A DNA stretch of 63,868 nt, filler included, from Craspedostauros australis (taxonomy: Eukaryota): NCBI GenBank assembly GCA_030167865.1. It is 20 parts of 20 records of this genome, joined end to end, with 100 filler letters (N's around TTAATTAATTAA, not from the genome) between each part and the next. Parts side by side here need not be neighbours in the genome. Positions count along the whole stretch, not along the records: positions 1 to 13,103 come from JALAGF010002711.1; 19 more parts are not named here. One strand, 5' to 3'. Shown here piece by piece: positions 1 to 13,203 of the stretch. A program made the position numbers and the translations under genes. The number at the start of each line of letters is the position of its first letter. Within the stretch, counting starts at the first letter, position 1. The notes beneath the pieces were generated by a model. The model searched no databases, was not told where the DNA came from, and was given only the letters and a program-made list of their open reading frames with translations.

Positions 1-2499
1 AGTCTACTTTATCACGACTCATCACGAGTAAAACTCCACAACTAGTGTTATCGTGACCCATTCTGCATTTGGTGCAGGTCGTAGCACGCGTATTGATATT
101 TGGAGCACGAACGCTTGTGCTGCATGCAAGAACGAACGCGCCACGCACAACACAGGGATTGATACAATCTGCGGCTGAGCAGGACGTGTCGTACGACACG
201 CACGCCACACATGCCTGTTGGTTCAAAGCGCTAACTGCGACAAAAACAAGAACAACAAAAAGAAAACGGCGATGTTTGTTGCACCCAGACATGTGGTGCT
301 TCAATCGCTTGTGTGGATACTACTATCTACAAGCATGTTCATATTCTATAATGGTAAGAATGTTGCTCGCATCAAGGTCCGGAAGAGCAGAAGAGTACGA
401 GCTACGAGGTACGAGTTGCACCTTCGCGTCATGGCAGAGATTGCTTGTGAGAGCAACGCCGTGACTGCCTCCAGGAACCATCCAGGTCGACGAGCACCAG
501 ACAATCGCATCGTGCAAACAACGACCACAACGCACAGAGCTGAATGCTAAGGAATGGGCAGAATAGAACCATGCAACAGCATATCTTCACGTCTTCGTCC
601 GTTGCTTGTATGAATTCTGCGACAACCGACTGCCAAATGTAGAGTAGAGTAATCGTTCTTGACTCCACGAGCGGCTACAAGGCGAACGTTCGTACACTAC
701 GTATGGGTGAAAAGACGGAACAGGTGATTTTTTGCTACACCAACAAACAGCCGCGAAAACACAAACAGAGAAAGAAACGAATACACAAACAGACAGATAT
801 CGTTGGAACAAACAGACGAGCAGAAACAAAGACATACATGCCTCGTGTTGGTGCTGACCTCTCGCTTCAGACAGACCACACACAATCTGGAACAGCACTC
901 TGTTTCGCTCTGTCGTATCGCATCACATTTCGTCACATCACGCCGCATCATGCTGTGTACTATATTGCTGTGCACAGAATATCATCTGAGAACACCGGCG
1001 ACAATGCCTGCAGCAGCAACGCTGGCCGCGATGTTGAAGCTGGCTGTTTCGTGTTGGCTTGTTGCTTGTCGTCCTCGCCGAGCGGAATCTGCAAGGGGCA
1101 CAGGACGCACAAGTCTCGAGCAAAGACAAAGGCGGAGACGTGATCATTCGGGGCTCAACCTTCGTCGTGGAACTCCCTAAGTTGCGTGAGCATGTTCATC
1201 GGAAAATAAAAACATCAAACGAGACTGGCTTCGTTGCGTTCGTTGGCTCCGATCGGCTTCACTGTGGGCGTGTCGGAGATGTTCCTCCTCCCGTTCACAT
1301 CTGCTCCAGAACGCCTGCCCCGATTCTCACCGACGCTTTTGCTGTCTCACAATGCTCACGTATTTCGCTGGCCGTTCGTTGTGCTGCGAAATGTCCGGAA
1401 GCTCTTTCTCCCTGTGGAGTCCGAATATCGTCTCCTCCTGCTCTGTTTCTTGCTTGTTGCTGCTGGGGATGTACGAGGTACGGGCACGAATAATCGGAAC
1501 AGGCTACTATTGGTATCAAGGAGTAGAGTAGAGTAAATTGGAGCAGATTGGATTGGAGCAGAGTTGAGCTGAGTTCGAGTACGCGTGTGAGTACTACTAT
1601 GCATCTGTGCTTGCGAGGCGATGTGGTGACAACGATGCAAACGTCGGTTGCGAGGCGATGCGATGACAACAGCACAAACGTCTTTTGCGCAGCGAAACCC
1701 CCATAGAATCCAAAGAGGGCTTTGCGGAAGGAAGATATCTCACTGGGAGCGGCGATGTTCCGACAATGATATTGCGAATAGCTGGAACTAGTGACTCACA
1801 AATTAAGAACATCACATTTTGTCACTTTGCAATTGAAGACAACATTGCCTTGTTGACATTTGCGACAACCAGTGCCGCTCGGAAAAACTTAGCGTTCGTG
1901 TCATGACAGTGAATGGACCGGGGAAATAGGATGTGCCAATAAGTAGTGAGAGATTTCGTGACGCGAACAATCACGGTTTCGTTGTCTGGTGGGAACCACA
2001 TGCTTCGTTTCTGGCTTCTGTGTCCATGCAGAAACACACACATTCTCGACAACACCTTTTCTCCCGAACGAACGTGAGGATCCCTCCACCTAGAAAAAAA
2101 AAACGGCAGAGAAACAAGCCAACCTTTGGGGCGCTGTGGGCATGAATGGCAACGGCAACAGCAATGGCAACGGCGGCAATGGCAACAACGGCAACAGGAG
2201 CACCACCTTCAAAACTGTCACAAACAGCAGCGCAAGAACCAGCAGAAGATCCATTTTCGCATTGTGCCCATCGCTGTGCTGAAGCGACGTTCCTTCGTGC
2301 GTCGCCGCTGCCCACTTCTATCATACTGAATCACTCGTGCCGTGCGAGCAACTCGTCCACTTGCAAGTCCAAGCACGAATACTTCCGCACCTCATGCATC
2401 TCATCTGTGGGTGCCAATCAAAGATCAACAATCAACGTTCAACCACCTTCCAATCCTCTGTGAGGGTAACCGCTCATACCCGCGCCACAGCTCAACAAG

Positions 2500-5400
2500 G
2501 TGAACAACACAAGCAATATCTCAGCCACAGCCACAGCTACAACTGCAACCGTAACATATCGTACGAGTCCACCACCTACAACACTTCCAAACGAAGCCTT
2601 GGTCCGACGAGGGCAAGGAGGAACGACGACACCTGCGGCATCTGCGGCATCTGCGAGAACTGAGACAACTGAGACAACTGCGACAACCACGACAGCACAC
2701 ACCACAACGCGCTGCAGGATGATATGCTCAGCTCAGAATGTGACCGAGCAACACTGCATTCCTCCCCACCGAGGAAGCAAGCATGCTCGGACCGGGCCGT
2801 CGCGCCAGGAACCGGCATCAGCCCAAGGCGGCGTTAGCAGTGCGTGCGGCAGTATCTGCACAGACAATGCGAATACAGATGACGGCCGTTCACAGTCTTC
2901 AGTGGCTGGGCAGACTGCGTTTCGCCTTTCCCCCAGTCGCAAGAGCCAAACCGCAAATGGCGGCGAGAGCGGCGACATCTGTGGACGGCCAACAAGACGT
3001 GAACATGAAGACAAGAGAAGCAATGCGGACGGAAGTGCGCGCAAGGCAAGATCGAACGATCCAGAAGGGACGACCAAGAAGAAGCCAAGGAAGAAGCCAA
3101 AGAAGAAGAGGCAGAAGAAGAGCGTGAAAGGCAGCAACGCAAGCAGCCAAGAACACAAGCAGGAAGACAATGACAGCAGGGAAAGGAAGAAGAAGAAGAG
3201 CAACAAGACGAAGACGAAGACAAAGAGGCAGGGCAGCAAGGCGACGAAACACGGGAACACGGCGCGCAAGTCTAGTGGCGATCATGCGAGTGCCAATGCC
3301 GGCGTTGCACTGGACAATACAGAAACAGAAACAGACGGCAGTCACACATCTCATGCTTCGCTGCCTTTTGCGTCGCGGCCGCCACACATCGAAGCCGACG
3401 GCACTAATGCCTTGGTACGCAATTCCAAAGAACGCAAGAAGATAGAGGAAGCATTGAAAGACACCAGTCGATCCGCACCAGCAGAAATCGCGATCGTACC
3501 TTGTAACTCCGTTGAAGACGAAGAACAGAAGTCGCCTCATGCCACGGTACGCCAAGGGGAGCGAGATTCGCCTCCAGCACAGCAATCTCAATCCGAGGCT
3601 TCAAAGATCAAGATGCCACAACGAAAGAAAAGCCAGCAACGGCAGCAACGACAGCAACGGCGACAACGACAACAACGAAAGCATGCAGCGCAAACAAGAT
3701 CCGGCGCACAACAGCAACCTCATCAGCGCACGCTGAAAGCTGGAGCAGACAAAGCAGGAGGGGGAATTGCGCCACCCGCCAACCCAACAAACATGGCTGG
3801 GCAGAACCTGGCTTCCTCAAATGTCTTGGAAACTGCTGCGGCCATCGCATCTGCACTTGAGATTGTATCGCCTCCACCCTCGCAACCAACTACGCCATTG
3901 CCTTCACCAACGTCGTCCCCGCCGCCGTCATCGTCGTCCAAACAGAAGAAGAGCAGGCTCGTCAAGCGGTACCCTCGAGCTGCTGCAATCCACCCAGAGG
4001 TTGACGTGAGCCCAGCAAGACAAGAGCAAGTTGCCGCCGATGACGATTTCAACCCGTTGCGGGCGAGCACAGCCGGCCAACCACAGCCACCACCACCACC
4101 ACCACCAGCAGCAGCACCGACAGGATCCGCACGATTGCTTGAAGAAGATGCGGTGCAAACAACAACGGCCACTGCACAAAGCAGAGGGCATGCCACCCGC
4201 CGTCGAAAACTCAAGACAACCTGGCCGCCAGTGACAAATCGCAGATCAGAGAGCCCCGACAGCCGTCGTCATGACGCGGTGAGCGCGGTAGAACGGTGTC
4301 GAAGGAGGCCAGGGATCATGGACGTGAATCCAACACATGATATCCATCACAGAACAAGCAGAGGAGCTTGCGATTCAGAGTGGTGCACCAAGGGCATCCG
4401 ACGAGCCCAGCTCGACCTCAACACCCAATCGATCAGTGGAACCGTCAGGCGCAGGAAGGAACACTTCCAACTGGTCTCCAACGCCGTGGCAACTGCCAAT
4501 CTGGTTCAGCAAATACCATCGCCATCGAACTCTCCACTACCCGCCATCAGGAAGAAGAAAGAGCGTCTTCGGGACAAGAAGCGATCCAGACGACGAAACG
4601 ACGGTGGCAGACCGGCAAAGTCTGTGTCAGCTCCTCCAAGAACGTCGGCACCAGTATCTCCAATGACACCCGCCAAAAAGCCAAACGCAGTACGACGGAG
4701 TTCGAATTGGCAGCGAGGTGCAGAATCAGTCGAAAAGAGCCCTGCTGATCGTCCTAACGCACCTCCACGCCACGACCACCCACTCCAGACACTTCCGCTT
4801 TCCCATTCGAAGGATAGCACAGGTGGGGTTTGCCTTTTTCTCCCCCATGCATTGGCAAAGCGTCAGAGCATGAATCTGATATTTTCCAACAGCCGGGGAA
4901 GCGGGAGCGTCCCTTTGGATGGCAAGGACAAGCGACTGTTGCCACCACAGCGACGGCGGTCGAGCTGGCATGCGAGCACCGCGCTGCAACGTGACAGAAG
5001 ATTTCACTCCAATCATGAGACACGCACTGGTGAAGAGGACCGCAAAACCGAACTTGGTTGCCACGATGCCCCTTCTACGCAAACGTTGCATCATTCGTTG
5101 CACCACAGCACATGCGCTCGTGACGTGCTCGCTGACGACGATAATAGCACCAATGGTGGTCACGACGAAGGCAGCAGATACGACGACGACTTCGAAAACG
5201 ACGAAGCGCACGACGACTTTGATGAACACGACCCGTTCTTCGCCAAGTTGCCATCGCGCGGGCTCTTCCGCCGCCACAGCGCACAACCGCTCAAGCAGCT
5301 CTACAAACGGAGGCATCGGCAGATGTACAACGGGACTGAAGATGGTGACAGCCTCGAATCGAGCCTCTTGCACCCAGCTCGCCGCCGCAAGCATCAGCCG

Positions 5401-7779
5401 CCACGACGAGAGCGAACGAACTACAGGTTCCGATACGATGGCCCGACCACCTTGGCGTTAGACCGGGTGTACTCCCACGACCTCCTCGACGGGGACCGCT
5501 TCAATGCCGGCAACGCAGGATCCACCCCGTTGGATCGTCCCAGACGAAGCCAACGCCAACGTCAGCAGACTGAAGCCAACCGGACCTGGTCTGAAGGTTC
5601 CGCAGCCACTCGAAGCATGTCAGCGCCTCCAGCGAAGCCTAACAGGGGTACTTCCAAGAGCCTCGGCGGAAGTGACATCGACGACAGTCTTCACGACGAG
5701 TCCTCCTATGAAGAGCATGGTAACGGGTCCGGCGGTTCTGATTGCTCGATCGTTTCAGATGATCATCTATCAGATGATGAATATGAGGCCAAGGGGCACA
5801 TCCTCAAGGCCACTTTGCGCCCAGATGTTTGGGTGACGCCCATTCGTTCAGCCTGCTCCACGCGATCCAATTCCATGCCATCACGAGACGACAACGCCTG
5901 CACAAAGGCCGGACAAGATGGAGATACAACTTGCCGTCGCGGGCCTGTTCTTTCAGCATCCCCCAATGACCACTTGGACCCTGCGTTCTCCACCTCCGAT
6001 GTCAGCGTAATGTCTGCGCGTCAGTCGAACAGCGAGAATGCGGACGCCTCTGGAACGCCGTCCGCGGCGGTATCGGACGGCGCGCAGCAACGTGACGATG
6101 ACGCCTTCCAACCGTCCACGAGTACAGAGGAAGCTGATCCTGTGCGGAGGTGGAAGATCAAACGGGTTTGGTACGTCGACCATGTCGATGCGGACGAGGA
6201 AGAAATGGTCGCCGAGTCACGAGAAGAGCTCCATGAAGGCCTTCGCAAACTCTTCGGTGTCCCTCCCGAAGACGAGACCAAAGCACCTGACAACGTTCAC
6301 GATGGCGCCGACGACAAGGACAAGGTAGGCGTCGATGGCCAAGCCGGGCAACCATTTGGTTCACGGCATGCGCTGCATGTGCCTGCACGGAGTGGCAACG
6401 AGGCAGCAGCCTCACCATTGTCTCGTGCAGCACCAGGCATCATTGCTGATGGAGCAGATGTCGACGATGACTCCTTGGGGGCAGGGCAAGCGAAAACACG
6501 TAGCGCTGTACATGCAAATGAAGACGCAAGCGCAAATGAAGACACAAATGCGAAGGTGAGCCAGGATAGCTGGCAGCAATCTCCTTCATCTGTCAAATCG
6601 CAATACTTCAAGGCATGGCGAGTGACGAGGTTGATCGATATCGACGGCGAGCTGTTGGACGAGCAGGACGGCTCTGAGCATTCCATGACAGACGACGACC
6701 TCATGGATCATCTGGCGACAATGGCCACGGAAGAGCTGGAGTACGTGGAAAGGCAAGACGAAATATCCGATAAAGAAACAGAGGGTGGGCAGAGTGACGA
6801 AGAGTCAGTATCGTCCATCTGGCGCGACCAGTGTGGAGATAGCGACGGTGAGGAAAAAGCTGCCGAAGACGATCAACGCAATCTCGGCCAGCACATGAAA
6901 AACGCAATCTCTCGCCACAGCTTGCGTGCATTCGGACGGCCAGATGTTTGGGTGTCGACGGATGGCAGCGGCTTTGCATCACCAGCCAGCCGCAGCTACA
7001 GAATCAAGAGGACATACGTGGTCCAAGACGACGATGAAGACAGTATTTCGGATGACAGCTTCGCCATACGAGTCGATGGCGAGGATCTTCACACCAGCGA
7101 AAGTCCAGCTGGCACAAATTCGAACGGATCCCAAAAACCCAATTTCAAGTTCACCACCCATAGTCATGCAAATTGCTTTGATGATGACGATGACGACGAT
7201 GAAAGCGATATGGGAGCCGACAGCTACAGTTACAGCGAAAGTGAGTGCGACAGCAGTAGCGACAGCAGCAGCGAGAGCAACAGCGTGAGTGAAGAAAACA
7301 CCTTGTGTCGGACGGTTGATGACATCCCCGAGTCACCGGTGACACCCAAAAGCTTGGGTTGCAGTGGCAGCTTGCACGGGGAACGCGCTTTCCAACGTCC
7401 CGACGTGTGGGTGTCACCAGAAGTCAGAGAACCGAGCACCAAAGTTCGATCGTGGACCATCAAACGCATCATCGATATCCCTTCAACCTTGCTCACTGAT
7501 TCCGACGATGAAACTGATGAGGAAGACAACATCAAGCACGCGATTGAAGATGATACATGCAACGAATTTGACAAGGGAGATGGCACAGGCGCAGGCACAG
7601 GCACAGCTCGTAACGTCGACCACGATGCAAGAGGAAAGAAGGTGCACTCCGAAAGGGACGGCAAAGACTCCGATTCTTCAAGCTCTCGCAATGAGACTCC
7701 TTTGCCCAAGGCACTCGACGATGTGGACTCCAAGAATGACAGAACGCCAATCAAGTGCAACCGCAAAAGGATCGCGTGA
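2500..7779 (+). CDS. Large, mostly disordered hypothetical protein: basic N-half, acidic C-half, repeated RPDVWV / W-x-I-K-R modules
   Basis: 5.3-kb uninterrupted ORF. The start is uncertain: the first in-frame ATG is at 2719, and the same-frame ORF 2146-2463 could be an upstream exon. Confidence 0.8.
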   Translation: MNNTSNISATATATTATVTYRTSPPPTTLPNEALVRRGQGGTTTPAASAASARTETTETTATTTTAHTTTRCRMICSAQNVTEQHCIPPHRGSKHARTGPSRQEPASAQGGVSSACGSICTDNANTDDGRSQSSVAGQTAFRLSPSRKSQTANGGESGDICGRPTRREHEDKRSNADGSARKARSNDPEGTTKKKPRKKPKKKRQKKSVKGSNASSQEHKQEDNDSRERKKKKSNKTKTKTKRQGSKATKHGNTARKSSGDHASANAGVALDNTETETDGSHTSHASLPFASRPPHIEADGTNALVRNSKERKKIEEALKDTSRSAPAEIAIVPCNSVEDEEQKSPHATVRQGERDSPPAQQSQSEASKIKMPQRKKSQQRQQRQQRRQRQQRKHAAQTRSGAQQQPHQRTLKAGADKAGGGIAPPANPTNMAGQNLASSNVLETAAAIASALEIVSPPPSQPTTPLPSPTSSPPPSSSSKQKKSRLVKRYPRAAAIHPEVDVSPARQEQVAADDDFNPLRASTAGQPQPPPPPPPAAAPTGSARLLEEDAVQTTTATAQSRGHATRRRKLKTTWPPVTNRRSESPDSRRHDAVSAVERCRRRPGIMDVNPTHDIHHRTSRGACDSEWCTKGIRRAQLDLNTQSISGTVRRRKEHFQLVSNAVATANLVQQIPSPSNSPLPAIRKKKERLRDKKRSRRRNDGGRPAKSVSAPPRTSAPVSPMTPAKKPNAVRRSSNWQRGAESVEKSPADRPNAPPRHDHPLQTLPLSHSKDSTGGVCLFLPHALAKRQSMNLIFSNSRGSGSVPLDGKDKRLLPPQRRRSSWHASTALQRDRRFHSNHETRTGEEDRKTELGCHDAPSTQTLHHSLHHSTCARDVLADDDNSTNGGHDEGSRYDDDFENDEAHDDFDEHDPFFAKLPSRGLFRRHSAQPLKQLYKRRHRQMYNGTEDGDSLESSLLHPARRRKHQPPRRERTNYRFRYDGPTTLALDRVYSHDLLDGDRFNAGNAGSTPLDRPRRSQRQRQQTEANRTWSEGSAATRSMSAPPAKPNRGTSKSLGGSDIDDSLHDESSYEEHGNGSGGSDCSIVSDDHLSDDEYEAKGHILKATLRPDVWVTPIRSACSTRSNSMPSRDDNACTKAGQDGDTTCRRGPVLSASPNDHLDPAFSTSDVSVMSARQSNSENADASGTPSAAVSDGAQQRDDDAFQPSTSTEEADPVRRWKIKRVWYVDHVDADEEEMVAESREELHEGLRKLFGVPPEDETKAPDNVHDGADDKDKVGVDGQAGQPFGSRHALHVPARSGNEAAASPLSRAAPGIIADGADVDDDSLGAGQAKTRSAVHANEDASANEDTNAKVSQDSWQQSPSSVKSQYFKAWRVTRLIDIDGELLDEQDGSEHSMTDDDLMDHLATMATEELEYVERQDEISDKETEGGQSDEESVSSIWRDQCGDSDGEEKAAEDDQRNLGQHMKNAISRHSLRAFGRPDVWVSTDGSGFASPASRSYRIKRTYVVQDDDEDSISDDSFAIRVDGEDLHTSESPAGTNSNGSQKPNFKFTTHSHANCFDDDDDDDESDMGADSYSYSESECDSSSDSSSESNSVSEENTLCRTVDDIPESPVTPKSLGCSGSLHGERAFQRPDVWVSPEVREPSTKVRSWTIKRIIDIPSTLLTDSDDETDEEDNIKHAIEDDTCNEFDKGDGTGAGTGTARNVDHDARGKKVHSERDGKDSDSSSSRNETPLPKALDDVDSKNDRTPIKCNRKRIA

Positions 7780-10700
7780 AGTCAAAACGTTGGTCGATAA
7801 AGAAGACATAGCCTTAATCCAGAATGCCACGGCTTCCATCGGCAACCAAAAATCGTTCTTCTATGTCTACTTATACAATTCTACGCAGTTGTACTCCTTC
7901 CTGCACCTCAGTACACATCGTAAACATTTCATGGCACAACACTCTTCAACTTCACTGTGGAATACTGCACTCCACCGCGCTGCAATACACTTTCGAGAAC
8001 TCGAGCATGCTTTTTGCATTCCCATGTTGAAATCGATGACACAGCGGCATTTCGGATGTACAATACCAAGGTCACGTCCTACAATTCTTCGAGTCGTATG
8101 GAACTGAATTTCAAACCTCAGCCACGGCACGGACATAACGTGTGCTATCCCAATTGCATGTTTCTCCAAAACTACCATCGACTTGGATCTTCTCCCACGG
8201 ATTTAATCGATCCCAGCAACAATCATCAACAGCAAGAATGTGAAACGCTAGTGTTTGGCCACGAAGAAATTGACAATTGTGTTCATTCTATCATATGTCG
8301 ACAAAGCAACTCTCCAACAATCGCCACACTGCGTTGCTTCGTCAAAAGAATGAATTGGAAAACATCATGGTAAACTAACGAGATATGTTGGAGGAATGGA
8401 ATGAAAACCGATTTTGCTTTGATTGCAATGGAACAAACATCATTCTGTGGAATCTTGAAGTATCATCCTGGCATCATCTCCTCATACTACACGAAGTCCA
8501 GATACAAAACCAATCTTGATATTTCTCTTGAATGAACTTGAATCAACTTTGCAATGGGCTCTTTCAATGTTGACCCCGCAACATCAGAATGAAGCTTGCG
8601 AAAATGTTGCAGTCACCCGCGGATCTGCAGGATAGAGGAACTAGCAAAAGGTTTACTAGCAATAGTAGGTGGTAGTTTCTGTCATTATCACAAGGCCCAC
8701 CTCACCTTCGCAGGAAGCAACTACTACCCGCACTTTCAACAGGCGTGACTAGAAGCTTGATCGGCAAAGGAAGTTCTGACTTCCTGACCAAGTACAAATT
8801 CGTCGACGAATCATAATTGATATCGAATAAGTTCAGAAGCTCAAACCAACCCACTTCAAGTCGTGTGTCTCAATCGACATGGCATACGAATAGAACGTGA
8901 CGGAACAAGTGAGCGCCCTTCAATGGGTGTTGAATTCAAGCAATCGAATCGACGTTTCTCAACTCGTATGCCTTCGTTTGTCACATCTCACGAAAGAATG
9001 ACGCGGATTGCAGAATGCCATCGATTGGAGCAATAATTTTCTGCGTTTTGAGCCCTGCATATCGTTAATGCCGCGTGACAACATTCCGCTGTGTTCAATC
9101 TGGTCTCTTGGATTCCTTTGATGTTGACGCGAAGTCGTTGCATAGACGAACCCGCGATTGAGCTGTTGGGGGTGTTCATACGTGGCTCAACACCCCTACG
9201 CAGGAGCCTCATGCGATACACTGACTTTGTCGCTTCGGCATGAATTGATCGCTTTCCAGTGCGCGCCTGTTGAGACATTCATCTTCGTAGGCAGTCATGA
9301 CCCTACTATTTTGATGCGTCGTACTTGTCGTTGACTTTGCCGTCGACGAATCGTGAAAGGGACGGATCTTGCAACTGGTCTACAGGCTGGAGAAAAGTAC
9401 ACAGTCGGTATTGATAGAGTTTACTTAGCATGTGTTTCTTGTTTCTAAGAGTACAAATCTTGCGGTTTACTTCCACGGTACGACACTTTCAAACCACTCT
9501 ATCCACCTTGAATCGCCCTGACTTCGGCGCGAACGAATGCGCTCCTTGACTATTGGTTGTGACTGCTGCAAAGCGTCATCCTGCGATTGTTTGACTACGG
9601 CACTTCAACTCTTCACCAGTGGAACAAATGAGTTTTACTCGACGAATGGCTGTTCGTCGTCTTGAGGTGAAATCAGGACTTAATTTCACATCGACGATCC
9701 ACAAAAAGGACCTTTACCACCCAAGAACACAGTGCTACCATCGTTGAAGCGTTCAATTGAGCGCCTGGCAATGAGCCAAACAACAAGATCTTTCACATAC
9801 AGATCAACGCTACACATCAGGGTTGCTACTGTGATTCGAATCATCGAGTCCACATCCCCTTTGCCAATTCGGAGTGGTACATTGTTCCTCCTTTCACTGC
9901 ATCGGTATGGATCTTCTCCTAGCAATCTTCGAAAGTAAAACGGAGTCCCACCGATTCCGAATGTCAGTCAAATGAGCGTCTTATATCTTACAATCTACAT
10001 ATTGATTTGAGGTTTGACTGCAAACACAAAAACGTCACGGAAAACCATGCTCGAATCTACGGATGGACACAAAGGAATCACATGACATCTCCTTCTATTG
10101 TCGAAACAAATGAAACTCTCAATCAGACAAGAGTGACTTGTACTGTCCTGGTTCATCCATTTGCGTCCACCAAACTCAAACAATTCACTTCCGCGTCTGA
10201 GTGTGTCCTCCCTGCGGCCCATGCTTGGCATTTCTGTCATGAAACTGCTTTTCCATGTTGATGACATTATTCATGCAGCGTTCCCATAAAAAGAGTTGAT
10301 ACACTGGGCAGGTGCATATCCAAGAAAGGTGGTTCTTCATTGACTTCGTGTTCGGGCTTAATGACGGCGTGGATTTTCCTTTGTGGAGTCACATTGTGGT
10401 CGATTGTGTTCGACGCTGATATGTCTCTCTCATCCTTTCGCCGTAGCCACGACCTGAAGTAGTCACAAGGACGAAGAAATAGTGGGAATTGTGTGAACCC
10501 TGTGTGAGACCAGGAAGCAATGGTTGGAGACACTGACAAGCTCGCCCGGTCGTTGTGAATTTGTGCCACAGTCATTCAACTACCGGCGTGCTTTATACAG
10601 ATCTACATCACGAACCAGGTACAAGAGTTCATCTGTGGATCCGTACGTCGTTCACATACAGACCGACTCCCGTGCAAGACATGAAATGCTCATCACTTGC

Positions 10701-13103
10701 GGCAAAATGAAATGATGCAAACCAATATACAATTTACCCCTTTCTGACGATGGCTGGGAGGAGGTAACAGCAAAATCATGCACATGATCATGCAGATGTG
10801 CGTTGAGAAACGCCCAACATCACGGTCTGATGTGCGGTGTTGCGTACAATACATGAAACAGCATTTCACAATGCATTGGACGAAGTCTTGATTTCCAATA
10901 ATAATGGCAGAGGTGCATTCCATCGACAGTGGAAATAGTCATCTGAGGCAAAAACTGGAAGATTGGGTTTTCGGCAAAGACGTATTGGTCATAGATATGT
11001 GAAAGATCGAATTGCAAGTGGTTTTGCGTACTTTCTGAAACATTTTCCGAGGCAGAGCGAAATTAATTATAGATTCATTCAATCGCTCAAGCTTCGGCAG
11101 GAAATATGTATATTTTCCCGAAAGGAAAGTGAATTGCATTGCATCGACTGGCCAGGGGACCCTCCCTTGTACTAGCCATGCAATGCTTCGCATCTGTACA
11201 GTCCCATGGTCGACCGTGGATGAGAACAGCTACGAGAACGTTGTTTCCTTTTCCGTTTGGTCATCTCTTCTTAGGTCATTGTACAAAAGGGCGTTTTTAT
11301 CCTAGGTCGAACTTCGTCGTGCTTGATGTTGGCATCGGCATTTCGGTCAAGGAAAATAGCACAGGACGAGAATTTGGTACGTACGTACTACTTACCGTTG
11401 CCATTCGGTGAAGTTTGGCGGTGATAACAAATGCACGATCTGGGATGCAACGTGGGGATATTGCCGGCGGCTTGGAAGGTTCCAGTAGGTACCAGCGAAA
11501 GATCATTGGCGCCATTCGCAGATAGAATAGGGCAAAAACGCGATGGAGAAGCGAAGATAGAAACTACTATTTGTTTGAAGAAATCGGCTCCAGTCCCAGT
11601 GCGTTGAATCGCACAGGGGCACAAGGCGTGAAAGCGTGGGTAGGGGTCATGCCTGGGAACGCGCAGGAGTGGGTAGGGAACGCCCCGCAATTCCTCTACC
11701 ATGGTTGCTTACAATGCTCCGCAAAATGAAACTGAGATTTCATCTCAACTTCAGATTGTTCCTTTCTGTAGCTCTCCTTGGTGTATAGGAAACAAAAACA
11801 CAAAGCACATGGTATCTCTGACACTAGGTCGCGGCAAAACTTCGTGTTGGAGCGATCAGCAACATCTGGGTGGTGGTGCAATGACGCAAAGAACGTAGCC
11901 TTCATGCCTTGTATGCGTACCACTACACTTTGTTCGATTCATTATGCCATGTCACTTCGCGCGTCTAATGGACTGTTGTCTCTCAGACGACAGCTCTGGA
12001 AATACAATTGTAGGCTCTGCTTGACAATATCGCGTCGAGTGTGTTTGGCAATGGAGTTTGGTCGTCAAGGCCAATCCTCGAGAATCATCTGCCGTGTCGT
12101 CAGGCTCGTAGCGATCATTTGTAGATGGAAGTCACAGGTTTGTCATGCGTTTGTTCTGAAGGATGATACGTAGTTTTGGCAACAACCAGCGGATACTGAA
12201 TTCTTGGATACCATCTTGCAATCTGTACCATACGGTTGACCATTTTCTCTCTCTCTCTCTCTCTCTCTCTGAAGCCATTGAAGATCTGCCATAACCGACA
12301 ATAAAGCTGGAATTTGCCATCACCTCGAGTTGCAGTTCTTGAAGAAGGACTCTTCCGCTCGCAACCGGCATTGATGGGTGCTGTCCAGATGTTGTTTTTC
12401 TATCATTGTGCTCGCTTTGGAAACGAATGCAAACTGTCGCAAGAGCAGAATCAACGAAATGGCACGTTGCTTGTTTCGGACTATGGAGTGGTTGGTGAGA
12501 AATGCTTCGAAATGCTTCGAAATGCATAATAAGTGTGTACCTTCGTGGCCGAGCAGTATGTTCCAACCGCTTGCTCAGAGTCATTCCTGACAATCTGGTA
12601 TGCTCATTGTCGAGAATAGATGCGTGGATTCAGTCCCGGATGGAACACTCACTATGCTGCATCATCATCATTCGTTCAGCACATACGACCTGCACCAAAT
12701 GCAGAATGGGGTCACGATAGCACTAGTTGTAGAGTTTTGGCCCCTTGTTGCCACTGGTTTGCTTGCTTCTGGGAGCAACGGCGATTGTACATTTAGAGCT
12801 ATTTCGTGTTGTTCCTCCATGATCCGTCTTCTACGTCACAGGATGGATTCGACGTCATGCGAAACCACTCACAACACAAGACGTGAGTGCTTCTCGCAGC
12901 ACATGGCCCTTGCTTCGCGACACAACGTGATGGCTCCACGACGCACACACCAATCGCGCCGCAACACACGCGGACCGTGCTGCAACACAAAAATAGCGGT
13001 CCTCGTCACAAAAATCACATCACTCATCACAAAACACAAAAAAACACCCCACACCACACATCACACCACAATCCTCCATGCCATCAAGCAGACGATGCGC
13101 ACA

Positions 13104-13203
13104 NNNNNNNNNNNNNNNNNNNNNNNNNNNNNNNNNNNNNNNNNNNNTTAATTAATTAANNNNNNNNNNNNNNNNNNNNNNNNNNNNNNNNNNNNNNNNN
13201 NNN
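13104..13203. other. Artificial contig-joining linker (44 N + TTAATTAATTAA + 44 N); first of 19
   Basis: The same 100-nt cassette with stops in all six frames also occurs at 14856, 16000, 17240, 24386, 26140, 27742, 29035, 30971, 32767, 35554, 38422, 39852, 42151, 54214, 56223, 59509, 61550 and 62677. Confidence 0.98.

Noticed and set aside
2576..7766. Numerous overlapping and antisense ORFs inside the large genes (also 49923-50648, 57868-58816, 59918-60658)
   Set aside because: Shadow frames of real or repetitive coding sequence with no independent motifs.
8384..8520. ENRFCFDCNG resembling an ArfGAP zinc finger
   Set aside because: The second CxxC and the catalytic Arg are absent and the frame is short and stop-bounded; likely chance.
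7800..13103. Genes or RNA genes in the 5-kb region after the large ORF (likewise 54314-56222)
   Set aside because: Only short ORFs without recognisable motifs, and no tRNA or rRNA structure seen. Small spliced genes cannot be excluded.
13148..13159. Recurrent palindrome TTAATTAATTAA as a biological repeat or recombination site
   Set aside because: Always centred in exactly 88 N. It is a six-frame-stop assembly linker, and ORFs ending in LIN or N there are artefacts.
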